Positions 40,685 through 57,412 of a stretch of DNA of 64,000 bases are shown here, piece after piece. The stretch spans positions 186,001 to 250,000 of the forward strand of contig JALMLS010000277.1 in assembly GCA_038496445.1 (NCBI GenBank). The letters are read 5' to 3'. Below the pieces are notes generated by a model. The model saw nothing but the letters and a program-made list of their open reading frames with translations. It was not told the DNA's origin and made no database searches. The position numbers were made by a program, and so were the translations under genes. The stretch comes from Trichosphaerium sp. ATCC 40318. Its lineage: Eukaryota > Protista > Tubulinea. Within the stretch, counting starts at the first letter, position 1. Each line of letters begins with the position of its first letter.

Positions 40685-43600
40685 TCAATTTGATTTAGTA
40701 CTTTTATGTATAGATTCCAAAGATGAAAGAATCTACAAAGAATAAATAAACATAACAGAGCAACCCACAAAAACAGAAGAGAAATAATTGTAATATGAAA
40801 AAAAAAAACACAAACAAATACATACTCTATCACAAGAAGGACGTCTGATTTGCTGACCCGACCAACACTGTCCAATAAGTGATTTTAATTCAGGTAGCAT
40901 ATTCGCATCCATAGTAGGACGTAATCCTTCACTGGCCTATAAAAAACAAAGTGAGTAGTTGAAACTTGAGTTGTAATTCAATTAACAAATGAACTTATCG
41001 AAAAAAATACACGTGACTTGGCACGTGAAAAATCTTACCTGTACAAGAACTTGCATCTCCATTGGATATTGTTTTTCATACTCTTTAAAAGGACCTTCGT
41101 AATGTCCTTTTATTTGACGTGTGAAAAGCTCCCAAAGAATAATACCTAAAACAAAAGGTGTCAACTTTCTTTCTTCAACCTTTGTTTTGAAAAAGTGTTT
41201 GCTTTAATACGCACTTAGAGAGTATATATCACTCTTGATAGTAAATCCCTTGCACTCAAATACTTCTGGTGCAATACAAACAAAAGTACCACGACACTTC
41301 ATAAGAGTGTCTTGAAATGTATCAGTGTTGAACCGTGATAAACCGAAATCACAGATTTTAATTTCCCAATCTTCGTTAACCTTTTAAACATAATCAGTAT
41401 CCTGGCGTCATACTTGTAAGCAACGTACCAATAAATTCCTACTCTTTAAGTCTCGATGAAGTATTTGGGGCTTATGAGAATGGAGAACACGAAGAGCCTT
41501 TGTTGACTGAATGGCAAAAGAGAAAACCCTATCCAGAGTAAACTCTACTTCTGGATCTGCCAATACATCATAAAGACTTCCACGCTCACAAAACTCCATC
41601 ACAAGACATAAACGCTCTTTTACACAAGCACCATAAAATTGTACAGCATTAGGGTCTCTTAGAGAGCTATTAAACAAAGGTTAGTCAAAATATAAAACAA
41701 AAGTATTGTCTTGTAATTTAGTACTTACACAAAGACTTCAAATTCACGTTGGAACTCGTCTTTATCCATTGCGTTATTTAATACTTTAATAGCGACTATA
41801 TTTTCTCCCATAAGAAGACCTTTGTATACAGTACCTACATGTAAGGTTAGAAGAAATTCAACGGACGGATTTATTGAAAACAAATGTTACGAACCTGAAG
41901 TGCCATCACCAAGTTGGTTATTAAATTCAATATCTTCTGGCTCAATCTCCCAAGTCCATGGTTTGTCATCTCCTGGACTCCTTGGAGATGGTGCGACAGT
42001 AACTGGCGCTTCCATTGGTTTACGTTTATCAATAGCCTTCTTCAAATAAAAGCGTATAGAACTAAAGACTAATTAATGTTTCTGTTATTAAAAACTACAC
42101 TTGCCTTTCTTTCTGTCTGAGATGTTTCCTCCTTAGAGCATTCTCTCTTTTCAGCTGCATGGATTCATCCTCTTACATAGATATTAATAAAAAAACAAAA
42201 ATAATCAGACAAACTTACTTAGTAGCTTGGTAGATGATGTTAAAATTGTTCTACAATGTGTCTCACTAGGTATAAGCTTGGCTAGTATTTCAGGTGTCAC
42301 ATCCTCCAATGTGTACAAGAACAAATCATTCCTAACAAACAGAGGTAGGTACTCAATAAGTCCAATATCTTTCAGCCAATCAGATAACGCTATAATCCCA
42401 TCAGCAACAAGAATCCTCAAAGAGAAGAAAAAAAATTAAAAAAAAATAAAACGAACCCAAACAATCATTAATACGTCCTACAATCATCTTAAACCCTTGT
42501 TCTTGAGCCAATTCACATGGTGTCTTTCCTTCCGCGCCTAATTGCAAAATTACAAATCAAAAGAAACACCCTGTCAGCAAAAAAAAAGCGTACTTTTGAT
42601 CGTAACATCAGCTCCACAAACCAAAAAGTACGTTACTAAATCTTCACGTCCTAGTCTCACAGAATAGTGAAGTGGTGCTTCTCCCTTTTTATTCACTATA
42701 CAAACAAGAAGTAAGCATTTAAAAAGAAAATGTCAAAAGAAGCTCAAAAAGCTAAAATCCCAAAGAAGTATTTGGGAAAAAAACGAACCTATGTCCGGAT
42801 CTGCTCCGTTGTTGAATAAAATATCAAACACTGTATGTTTAAGAGACATATTAAATACAGCTAAGTGCATTGGTGTCTCTCCATAATCATTTTGAGCGTT
42901 GATTTGTGTTTTACGAGAAAGAAACAATTCGAAAGGTTCAGTCGAATTCGATTTATAGTTTTTGCATAGATAATGAAATGCTGTATTGCCACGTTTGTTC
43001 TTCATCATAACATCAATATCAGGATGCTCAAGAAGTATTTTAAGACACTTTACTGTCTCTTCTGTCCAGAGCTTACGTATAACAGCGTTATGAAGAACAG
43101 TCTCGCCATTATCATCTTGTCTATTTAGACCATATATTTTTTTCTTACCAGCAAGAATAGATTCTATTTTCTTTACATTGGACTCTTGCACAGCCTTGAA
43201 AAGCTGGTTCATTGATTGCTTTGTAGCATCCATTAGCATTTCTTTGAGTTTACGATCATTTTTTGTCCTACCCTGCAAAGTTGTTGTCAAAACAAATCAA
43301 AAAAAAACGAGAAAAAAAAAGTATTAATTTTTGACATTGTTCTAACTTGGCATGGTATTGTTCAAATATAACCACATATTATGACCATACCAATGTGCGA
43401 ACAGGGAAAATGAATGCGCGTATATGAAGGTCACCAGTTACATCATCTGTCAACTTGATTGGTTCAAGCTCTAAAGCATTGTGTTAGTTGCAAATGGGTT
43501 TTTCACTTCGTGTACCTAACCACAAATCTACCTCCTTGCCTGGCTCTATATCATCTAGGTCGAGCTCAACCATACCCATACGATCGTCCTTGAACGTTTT

Positions 43601-44123
43601 TAGATACAGAGAAAACGTAATTCGCGGGTTTTGTTCTAACGAACCTGACTAAACTTATCCTTGTCGAATACTTTAAATACTATCTCAGTAACGCGTTTGG
43701 GGTTGTATTTACTACGTTTATCATAGCTAATTAGCAAAACGTATCTTATTACAAGTTACGTACAATTCGAAGACTTCCACCTGCGATCCGATACCCCAAA
43801 CAGGATTTAAAGTGCAATTAATTGTTTTGGTCTTTTTTTTAAATTTGCCAACTGTGACAGTTACGTATGGATCAGATAACCCATTACTATATGTATGAGC
43901 GCCATTAAAAAACAAAAATACGCACTCGTCCATAGAGATCAAGTCACGCCCCTCAATTACTACAGAACGCAGTCAATATCCGAAAGGTTGAATACTAGTG
44001 TAAAATGGAGTTCGCCCGTTAAACGTTGGGTCTCTACCAATTAAAGAATGTGCTGGTGGCCCATACACTACGCCTTCGCCTCATACCTTCTACACGAATA
44101 CGCCGGTAGGTCTTCATACTCAT
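40685..44123 (-). CDS. C2 - ankyrin repeat - SAM - TKL protein kinase
   Basis: C2 [13 protein letters not shown]; ankyrin GETVLH, GNTAFH, GETPMH; [16 protein letters not shown]; kinase [25 protein letters not shown]. Confidence 0.9.
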
Positions 44124-44311
44124 GAGCTTACTGCGAGAGCTCAATATCCTACTCTTAACACTAACCTTACTCATCTAGCCCCAATCAACCAAGCTCGTGA
44201 CGTGATGAAAAGTTAGACTTCTAAAGAATTCTGTCGATTTTTTTGCGTCAAATATTGTTTTATGATTTTTATTACTGTACATTGGTTTTTTAAAAGTTTT
44301 TAAGTAAATAC

Positions 44312-45721
44312 TCACGCGCCAAATCTTGTGCGAAACATTTTAAAAAATGACGCTAACTCTTGTTCCACATTATGTACACCAGTAGCTGTCACAGTAGGTC
44401 TAGAACCTAGTCTATCATACTCCCTAATGAAACTAATTAACAATGTGATTTCGACAGTGTAGCTTACCTCTTCATTGTTGGATCTGTCAGTGTGGTGTAA
44501 GCTTGATTAAGTACTTTAAACGCCTCTGCTGCACCTTAATAAAATATAAGCAAACGAACAAATGAACAAGGAAGTATACCTGGTGCTTTGTTTCTATCTG
44601 GGTGTACGTGCAATGCAGCTTTTCTAAATTTCTTTTTCATTTCAGCAGCCGACTCATTGCGTGTAACCTTCAGCACTTGGTAAAAGTCGGTGCAATCAAG
44701 CATGGTGTCAACCTCGCGCTTTTGATCAACAGTATACTCGTCATTTGTTTGTGCAATATCAATATACTTACGGCGTGGTAATTGCACTATACTACCAACA
44801 TCAACCTACACAAAAGTCAATAAGATACGGTGTAATCCCTTTTTTTTTATCGTACCACAGGTGGTGCCTCACGTGCTTCCTTTAACTTTTCTGCCTTTAA
44901 ACGAGCAGCCTCTTCTTTGAGTTTTGCAGTTTTTGCATTCAGTTGAGCAACATACCGGCTTGTCTCAGCTTGAGAATTTCGGAGTTCAGCTGTATTAAAA
45001 TGGATCTTATACATAGGCTCAAACCTCCTCTTTTTAGCAGAAGATTTCGGTGGTTGAGTTCTAGATCCTCCTGTGTTGAGCTTCGTTGATGATGGCTTCT
45101 GAGGAGCAAGATTAACAAATCTGTACACCCGAGGTTGTGTTGACTTCCTTGGTGCTGGTGATGACCGTTTAGGTTGTGACCTTTGTTTTGGCTTATTATG
45201 GGAACTATTACTCATTGATGCATTTGACGTAAGAGGCGAGGAATAGTTTGAAGTGTAGCTTGTTTTTGGTTTCAGTGCACTTTTACGGATTTTAAACGGG
45301 TTTCGTATTTTATCTTCTACCGACGTGAAACGTGCTGAGGGACTAGGCGGTGCTAAAATAAAATTAAAATGACACGTAAAAAAATTTTCAAGCGTGCCAT
45401 GTACTCTTTGCTTTGTACTACGCGTGTAAGTTGGAATAGTGCTTGTGTATTGAGAACTAGGCCATGAGAAAGCCTCTGTAGTTGTAGATTGCCGTTGAGA
45501 CTCTCCTCGTTTTAGTAGCTCGTCTGTAGCGCGCTCAGGGTCACCACCTAACAATTGTGTTTAGCAGTTATTCTACATTGCCGCTATTATGTACCACATG
45601 ATGTAAGAACTTCGTGAAGCGTGTCTAATGGTATATTGGGAAATGAGGCTTTCAGAAACTAGAGAATGATTAACTACGCTATCGTTTGTGCTGATCTACG
45701 CACCTCCCATTTATCAGACAT
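44312..45721 (-). CDS. CUE-domain + C-terminal J-domain (DnaJ) protein
   Basis: N-terminal FLKASFPNIPLDTLHEVL..GGDPERATDELL (CUE FP..LL); DFYQVLKV..KKKFRKAALHVHPDRNKAP..AFKVLNQAY (HPD). Confidence 0.85.
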
Positions 45722-45863
45722 GAAGCTTCATACAATAGTCGGTTTTTGTTGAAAATAAAAAACTGGTAGAATTCAGAAATAATTTAAAAAAAGGTGAAAA
45801 CATCGCCACATTGAACTCAGACCGGCAAGAGTAATAAATAGCGTATTTTACACAAGCAAAAAG

Positions 45864-46755
45864 ATGTTAGGATACAAAGGAATGCGCTGTGCCATGCGAT
45901 ACTCAAATACGCATTGTAAGAGGTCTAACATCGCAAAGATGAATGTTACTGTATCAAACAAAAACACAAGGTTCGAACGACCTACTTTCATAACCTTACG
46001 CAGTAAAGGGTAGTTTTAAGAGCAAAGCAGACATTTTCAGCGCCATTGAGGCAGCATTTCATTTTCTCGGACTTATCGCTTAGACGCCACTCGAAACTCG
46101 GCTCCTTTAACACCTCTCGTTGGTATTGTACGTTACATCATAATGTTAGCGTTGTAATAAATGACAGGTTCAACAGCACCTTCAAACGAGGCTAGTATAG
46201 GACAAGTAGAACCACAAATGGCAGTACGCGCTTCAGTATTCAATACCATGTTATCTTAACCTCTTCAAACCAGGCAGTATTTACTTGTAAAAAGTGTAAA
46301 ACGCGAACAGCCAAAACTTTCTCAAAAGAATCTTACACTAGTGGAATTGTCATTGTTACATGCCCAGGGTATGACACTACAAAAAAAAAATTATTACAAG
46401 TTGTCCAACATATTGCTAGGTGTAAAACAAATCATCTCCTGGCAGATAATATAGGATGGTTTCATGATAATAATAAAAATGTTGAAGATTTCTTAAAAGA
46501 ACAAGGAGAACAATACAGAAAAGGTTTGTATAGATTTAATTAGTACATGTGCTGATCTTAGTCTTACCAATTAATTCGTTCTTAGGTAAGCTCGGAGATA
46601 TACAGATATCAGCAAAAGAGTTTGACATGGTAAAAAAGAGCTTTGTCGAACGTGTTGAACAAATACCTCGGTTAAAGACACAAATTGGTGAGAAGCCATT
46701 GGCAGATGCAAAAGCGGTTGAGAATAAGGAGAAAAATGATGCAGTTACTGAATAA
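45864..46755 (+). CDS. DNLZ: DNL-type zinc finger, mitochondrial Hsp70 escort (Zim17/Tim15/HEP1)
   Basis: FTCKKCKTRTAKTFSKESYTSGIVIVTCPG|CKTNHLLADNIGWF; basic N-terminal presequence. The start is approximate. Confidence 0.9.
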
Positions 46756-47029
46756 ATATGTTTGTTGTAAATACGTGTTATTTAACGTCGCGAGATGACG
46801 CGAAAAACGCACAAACCATTCTTAAAAGGTGACATTTGAGATTTTTTTTGTAGACGTCTTAGTCCGCCGTAGTTATTACACGAAACGTACCAGTCACGAA
46901 AACGTCACTAAAAATTAGTTGCAAACTACAAGTCTTTATAATGCTTCTCTACGCTTAAATATTACAATTCATGCGCATTTTTTCGCTTTATAAGCGGTTT
47001 GATGAATTTTATCTGCAATTCGCTATTTA

Positions 47030-47075
47030 TGACGTGGCGAAACCATGACTTAACAGACTTAACACTGTGACGTGT
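47030..47075 (+). promoter_or_regulatory. UPRE-like bZIP sites upstream of BiP
   Basis: TGACGTGG at 47030-47037 and TGACGTGT at 47068-47075, within 75 nt of the BiP ATG. Confidence 0.6.
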
Positions 47076-47101
47076 CTACCAAACAAACAGAAGCAACCAT
47101 C

Positions 47102-49674
<2,573 letters not shown>

Positions 49675-49904
49675 GTCGTCTTTATTTTTTTTATTGTTCC
49701 AAGACTTGCAATTTTTTCTCTTTGAAATATTTTTTTTTGTAAACCAAAGAGGAAAGTTGTTTGTCTTCAGATTGTACCATTGGCAATAAATATTTGCTAT
49801 AAAGTAATCGCTGGTGTATCTTGTTTTTTTAGTACAGACGAAAGTCGGCTTACCTTGGTTGCGTCCACATTTTGTGCTTTTATTAGTATGTTCTTAATTG
49901 CCAT

Positions 49905-52900
49905 GTTGTTAATCAATCAAGACACTAGTCGTTGTAACCCATAGTATATATACACCGGTGCACTGTATTAACGGGTGTTTATTTATTCCTCTTGTGTATC
50001 TGTACATGCCTTGTTACCAGAATGTAATTTGATTGAAAGAACGTTGACTTAACTCAGTTATTTAAAAAGAGCTTAAATCCCAATTGCTACACAACGTTCG
50101 CACCGTTTCTTGGTATTACACTTCAGGAATAAACCATAAGTATACCGCTACAATGTCTATATCGTTCCTACAATGCTGCATAGGTATTCATTAACACTAA
50201 TGTACGCGTTTTAACTTGAGTAAAAGGTAGCCTCCCTTTTCAATTGAGGCCTCGCATCAATCAATATCGGAAACTTGCCAGGCACTGGTACACATATAGG
50301 AATAATAGACTTGACTCTTGTGAAACGGCAAACTTGTCTGTACCGTTTCTAGCCCAATATTTTGGAAGTGGTATGACTCACATCTCTTAATTTATTTGAT
50401 GGTAATAGCTACGTTACAGGTAAAACACAATTTTTGAAGAATCTTGAGGAGTCCATGCGCACATTGGTTGATGATGGTCATTTTAATGAAAATCAAGACT
50501 TAGAACAGTGGGTAAAGGATCATTTGCTGCGCTCTAAGTTCATTTTCATCAATGGTCAGAAGAGCTGTGGTGCAGAAGGTAAATATCTGATGTTCAACAA
50601 CTGCCTTTAACTTATCAAAATCGCTCTAGATTCACATGTGTTTATATTAAAAGCTATTCAAGCTGCCCTGGGTAATAATAAACCTACCATAGGTACATGT
50701 TACTATTTAAAATAATTTTAAAGTTGGGTAGAGGAGGTATTCGAGGAGTATTGGAAGACGAATAACTTTTCTGTTGTTGTAATGATTGACGAATTCAATC
50801 AAATTCTGCAACACGGAAGGGTGCACAATTCAAAGTGTAAAACACTTAACTTCCTATGGTCTCTTATGCTACAACCACACAGCGTGGGAGGAAAGAACCT
50901 ATTACCGCTATTCTCTGTTCATGAGACCCTGTTCTTGCCGAATGATGCTCAATCAATTCTTCCTTCACAGTCAATGTGGCTAGTGTTACCAGTACTTAAC
51001 GAATATACTTTTTCCTATGAAGCCCTAATCACTGGTAGCCACTAAGTACTGAAGATACATTGAAAGCTGTAGAAGAACAAATAGAGATAGTAAAACCGTA
51101 TAAAAGTACCGACACTCAAAGACAATTATATGCAGCACTTGATTCACTGGATAAGCCTATTTTAAAAAAATTGATTGAGGGAGTACATGATAAAACAGGT
51201 AAAACCCACCTTTGTTCTTTTAATCTTATCTTGATTGTAGCTGGTTTACCGCGAATGGTCAATTATTTCATAGGATACATTGCTGCCATACTCTTGAATA
51301 GAAAGGGGCAACCAGTTGATGGCACAAGGTGCTGTGTTTCTATCGTATAAGGAAGACTCATGCAAGTTTTTTAGGCTTTTAGATGATGCTTATGGTGAAA
51401 TGCTTGCAAACAATAATACAAATGCAATGTGTTATTTTTGGGATGCTGCTGTCAGATTTGTTTCTAAAGTGTTGGTATTAGAAGCATTTATGTTGCCTAT
51501 AACTCAAGATGTATTTGATAGCACCAAAACAAAGTTTGAGTTGCGAACAAAGAACAAAAACTGCATACTCAAAGAGGTACTTTGCAATATGGTTATAGTT
51601 TACAAAAGTATTAATTGTTTATTAGATTCCTCTGCATCGCATTTTAAACTTGGCTCCAGTGGTATTCATTTCTAGTACAATCAATGGCGTACAATCCATG
51701 AAGGTTAAGATACCTAGATTGATAATGGAGTTCATGTCAGCTCAAGGTTATTCAGTGTCTTTCAACCACTTTGGTAACAACGTTATTAAATCAATCATCA
51801 TTCAACATGAACTGGACAAGACAGGACTAAATCAAATAGCACAAACAGGATTTTTAAAATGTAAAGTAAATGGCGAAGTTCGTATTTAACCTAAATGTTA
51901 GGGAAACGAATGGAATGGTTTGTAGACTGGAGGTTTTCAGCGTACATGTACGAATGGCTACAAAGACATCCTGAAGCTACATTGGGTGGTATATTTTCTC
52001 TCTTTAAAGGATCATGTCTTGAGGTACGTTGTAATTGTTTCCGACTTTAGGTTCACAAATTACTAGAATCAAAAAGCCATACAATTTGATCCAACAATCA
52101 TAGTACGCCTTATTTAAAAATAAGAATATCACCTTCCGCTTACCTCAAGTTTAGCCGCAGTCATTGCCAAAAGTCCAGGATGCGGGATCGGCAACAAAAG
52201 ACATGGAAGATAGTGAAGAGTTGAAAGCTAAAGGTTGTATAACCAAAGAGGAATTCTGTCGGCTGTGGAGAGCAGCGGAAGACGGCTTGTATATCCCTGG
52301 TGAAAAGTCTAGTGCGTAATTTCAATCTTTCATACATACTTTACTAACTATTACCACCAAGATACATTCGACATGATGATAAAGAACTCCGAATACGAAC
52401 TTTTTATTCAAACCAAGGTATCCACTCATGTTTATTGGCAACTATAAGATACTTGTAAGACACATTCCACCTGTGAGAAACTCGTGCTGTGAATTGTCCT
52501 TATCTTGTACTAGCATCATTTTGTTGCAAGGTCTAAGCTTTACTTTTAGCAAGCAAGTAGTGCAAGAACCCTTGCTGATATACAAGAAGAAATTAATAAA
52601 GTACACTTAAAAGGAACACCTGAGAAGGACCTAAAACGTGTTGCAATTATTATCGCTGCAACCCTTTCCAAGAAACTCAAAGACGGATTGATTCTAAACA
52701 AGAAAAACAACTCTACAAATCTCATTATCCCAGATGCGTTTACAGAGGTGATTATCGTAGGAGAGAAAGATCTCCAACAATTTCTAACATCACGTGTACG
52801 CCTCTTGTCCTGTTTGTTTAAACCAAGGTAACTTACTCTACGATTCTAGATGTACAAGTATTTCAAATCAGGAGATATTCCTACAACCGAGTATTTGGAT

Positions 52901-54067
52901 TGGGTGGATACTGACTCACAATATCGTACGCATATATTCCCTTAAAACCCCAGCGTGATGTAACTTTCCTAGGATTCTCCTACTTCGAACCACTGTTGGT
53001 GGACTTTGGCCAACTAGTTACATTAGATGACCAACATAACCCTCTGGCTAAAATTGAACCTGATTTCACAGATTTTCTCTTTGCGAACATAAGCGCCTGT
53101 ATATTAGGTGAGGCTAAGGATCTTAATCGGGAAGAAAACAAATTCAATCATTGTATGACTTGCGAATATATTGAGCTGAGAACACTGTCAATCCAATATG
53201 ACAAGGAAAAAAAGATTATTGATTATTCAGCCAAGATCGGTTTAGCTACAGTGTTACCACATGTAAAGTTATGCAAAAACTTCGATGCTAAAAATAATGT
53301 TATCATACCCTTTCTTCGAAGTACGTATTCAGAGGAGTGGAGTAACAAAGCTTACTGTTTGGTTTAGAGTGTATTCGATTGGATTATTCTGGTGTAATGC
53401 CAAACCCAACTGAGGCAACACTTGACGAAATTCGATATTCAGAGAGTGTTAAGTATAGAAACTTTTATGAAAGTGTGCTGAAGACTGCGCAAGGATATAA
53501 CAATAATGTCCAAAGCATTATGTTCATATGTGGAAATGCTGAGGGCACGGAAATTGCAAAAACAGCACTCACGTGGCAGGAGAAAAATAACATCACGCTA
53601 TTAGATGTATTCGTACATAAGAAAAGTACTCTCTTTTAATTTAGTTTGGACTGAAGCTAAAACTCAAGCATAGGTTTAGAAATTTCAGTTTGTAGAGTAA
53701 TTTTAGAACCAGTAGGTTTTGAGAAAACGTATCCGGTATTTACCAGTGTTGGAAATATATTTTACCCTGGTGATACTGTTTCAAAGCTAGATAATTACTT
53801 ACCCGAAGAATTGAGAAACAAAGTCAGTTTTTATGTTGACATCTTTCACTCGAATGAAAGATTACTTCGACTTGATACTGAATTATGTTCGCTTGGTAAG
53901 GAGACCCTAACCATCGCCTATTCATGTACACAAGCTTTTATTATAAATGTCACCACGTGGGAACTTAATGTTGTTTTCTATTTAGCCAAAAAAGTAAAGA
54001 GAAAGGCAGATACGGTAAATGATTCTAAAAAGAAGCCGAAACTATCCAAGATTGTAAGAAAGTGATT
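49905..54067 (+). repeat. Arm 2 of ~4.15 kb inverted duplication
   Basis: Inverted match to 31723-35878. Confidence 0.95.
50153..54065 (+). CDS. Crinkler-like P-loop NTPase + PD-(D/E)XK nuclease with variable C-terminal domains, copy 2
   Basis: Same motifs as copy 1. The frame is open where copy 1 is shifted (REENKFNHCM). Ends KVKRKADTVNDSKKKPKLSKIVRK*. Confidence 0.72.
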
Positions 54068-54412
54068 TCACTGAACGTTTACCACGGGTAATACTAGTGT
54101 TTTGTACAACCATGTAAGCATATACACCTTGTTGTTCAGCAGGATACTGGGCGGATGTTGTAAGTTCAAATTGTATGGCCCACTTAATACATCATGTAAA
54201 AGTATTGTTGTGTCATAAAAGCATTTGCGTATTCTGTAGTAAAAGACAACCATAAGCATGCGTATTTCATCTTTGCTTGAAACCATGATACGATAGTACC
54301 CGAGTCATGAGTTGGTAAGACACGGGGTAATTTATTTTTGCAGTTACACCTCTAACAGTGAATGTTACGAGAAGTCACAAAGTTCTATTTTGGCAACCTT
54401 ATTAGATTTTTT

Positions 54413-57412
54413 TTATCTCTTCATCACAATACTTGGCAATTGTTTGATATCGGGTAACATCATCTCCTTTGCAGCATTATCACTGTATATGAATTTCTTA
54501 CTATAATATTTCAAGTATAAATGTTCATTGTGTAGAGGCTTAGACTTGCTCCATAAAGTAACAAACGATACATCACCTCTAAAAAATTGATCAGGTTAAA
54601 AAAACCTTTACAGTTTTGGGAATTGCGTACAACTTAGAAGACGTATAATCAACCATTTGAATCCAAAAGTAAGTGATAGTAAAGTGGAATCCTTTTCCTT
54701 GATGTTTCTCAACTGAAGAAAAAATCTGCTTGACACCTAAAGGCAATTTACTCTTTAGTTTTTTTTTCAACATTAACTCGAACTTACCTTCACGGCGACC
54801 TTTTTTCTTCAGAAAAAAGAATATAGCCTTTATGAGATATTCATGCTTCCAGCTATCCAAAGCTAAATTTTGAAAGTCCTTCAAGAAACCAGAACCGTCA
54901 TCCATCTCCAAAAAACTATTTTTTTGTCAATATTTTTTACTTAACACAAACGCACCCTGGAATACCCTGTTTATCGGGGAAAGCAAGGGTCTTTATCGTA
55001 AAAGTTCTGTCCATTAAAGTCTCAGAGTAATACTTATTTATCAGGTTCGTATCAGCCAATTCTGGGTTGCTAGCGTAAAAGGCTGCAAAGGTACCTTTGT
55101 ACCTATATCTCAATCACGTTTATATCACTACTTTAATGCTAAGCGTACCCTGATTTACTTTTAGATGCTATCATAGCTATCCAAAAACCAGTGACGGTGA
55201 CACTAAATCCAGATTTCAAATATGCTTGCACTGAATCAAGAATTTTCTGTTTGTCTAGATGGTTTTTCTTTTAGTATGTTGTTATAACAAAGAAACGCGT
55301 ACTATCGAGTCCATGTTTCTTTAATAGAACCCATATAGCACGCAAAAAGCATGTATGATCCCACCTTAGATGAGAGGAGTAAGCGATAAAGAAAAGTCTT
55401 GTGATTTAAGAAAAAAATAAGAACCTGTCAAGTTTCACTTGAAGAAATTTCTCTAAGAATTCATCATCATCAAGCGATTTCTTCGCTTTAAGACTCTTAA
55501 CACTACGTCAAATTAGGATAGGGAACTACAGTATGCTATCTTACGCTGATGTATCTGACTTTTTGGAAGTGTCAGAGATGATAGAAGGTAGAGGCTTTAT
55601 GTCTGGAAGTACAACACCCTGGCGAGAAGCCATATCTTCAAGCATTGTTTTTTTTGTATAATACTCCAAAAACATACCTGGGAAAGGGAGTAAACATTTT
55701 TAGAAGTTGATAAAGAACAAAGAAAGCGATTAGATTACTTGAAAGACTTCAAAATGTTTTTTATGTGACAAATTACGTACCACTGTTAAAGAACTGTGGA
55801 TTCATTAATAAAAATCCAACAAAGTTTTTAGTGGGATTTTTGGTAGCTTCTATTGCATAGTGAACCATGTGGGCCCTAAGTTTAAAAAAGGATTTAGAAC
55901 GAGTTCACTACAAACTAGTGTATTCATGCGCGTACCAGAAGTAAGTCATTGTTTCATGGAAAGTTCTCCTTGCAATTGTTCCTTGCTTTATAATTGCTTG
56001 TATGCTACTGAATATCTTTTTCATACCCTCTCTACGCCCTAGTATTACCGCAGTTAAGAACCATACTCTTTCAAACAACCACCAACTAACCAAATTTTGT
56101 AAGGTACGCCCATGCTATTCTTAGATGTGTTCTGTGACCCCAGTCAGTCAATGTCTTAGATTCTACCTATTTAATAGTATATCATCAACAAGATGTTCTA
56201 TGTGAGACTCAGTATTACATACTGTATGAATAAACTCGTCAGTAGGCTCATCTTCAATTTCAAGCCATTCCAAGAACTTGTCAGCATTCTTTTCTTCCGT
56301 CGTTTTCTCCTTTTTGTCTTCACCCTCTGTTTTGTTTCTTTCCTCCTTCTTTGGCTTGCTTTGGCTTTTTGAAGGTTTAGAATCTAATGAACGGGCCGTC
56401 CACTGTAGCGCCTAATATAGCAAGGTTTAGTAATCTGTTGAACAACTGAAGAATTGGAAAGTTCCGGCTAACACGTACTTCGAATATGCCATCCCCGCTT
56501 GTAGCACATGTACCAAAACTCGTACAAATATAGTTCTTTTGAATAACTGACCAGTCCACTTTCTGTTCAACTTCTTTGACAGACATTGCGTTTGGTAAAT
56601 CTAATTAAAAAAATTTAATTGATTTCAATTGTTGATTAATTGTGTAGTCTTAGAACCAAAACTCAATATGTAACATACAAACATGTATGTTTAATATGGT
56701 GTCATAATTATAAATACCAAAAATTTATCCATGGTGTCTTACCAGACAACGAAAAGCAAAATAACATTTCAATCAAACCAAGTTTTTTCTTAGAATGATG
56801 TGGACTTTACGTACCTTGCTTGTTGCATATTAAAACAACTATACATTCTTCAAGCTCTGGTTCAGAAAGGAGTCTATGTAATTCATCTCTTACTTCTCCT
56901 ATACGGTCTCGATCATTTGAGTCTACAAAAAACCACACAAATTGAGTATTCTACATTTTGTTGTTAGCCAGCTTAGCAGTTTCAAAAAGGATTGTACTTG
57001 GTAGTAATGGCGCCATAATGGTCGAATTTTATCGCTATAAGCTGTTTAGAGTTGTTAATTAAATGTTTGATGTCAGTACCATCCACCAACGTCCCTAGGA
57101 GCGTAAGAATATTGCAAATAGCGATTAATGGTGGTACCACATAGTAAAGTTGTGTTTGTAGTATGGAACAGTTTCAACATTAAACCCAATTGTAGGTATC
57201 CTAAACATTTTGAGATAATATAAACACGCTGTTAATGTACGTTGTCACAACTTCTCCCAATTTTAGCTTATAAAGCGTTGTCGTTCTTCCTGACGCGTCG
57301 AGGCCCAAAAAGAGGCCTCTGTACACAAGTAAATACAATAACCAACGAAATGTCTGCACCTGCACTCCTGATTACCGAACATTTTGCCTAGAAGCTTAGC
57401 AATACTAGACAT
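54413..57412 (-). CDS. ARF-family GTPase fused to three His/Trp-motif repeats
   Basis: [57 protein letters not shown]; then [60 protein letters not shown]. Confidence 0.88.

Noticed and set aside
52418-52459. GTATCC donor in the NTPase-nuclease genes as U12
   Set aside because: It continues AC rather than TT and has no CCTTAAC branch point.
53620-53690. Premature stop in copy 2 (KKSTLF*)
   Set aside because: The stop is intronic; the GTACTC..TTCAG splice restores the frame.
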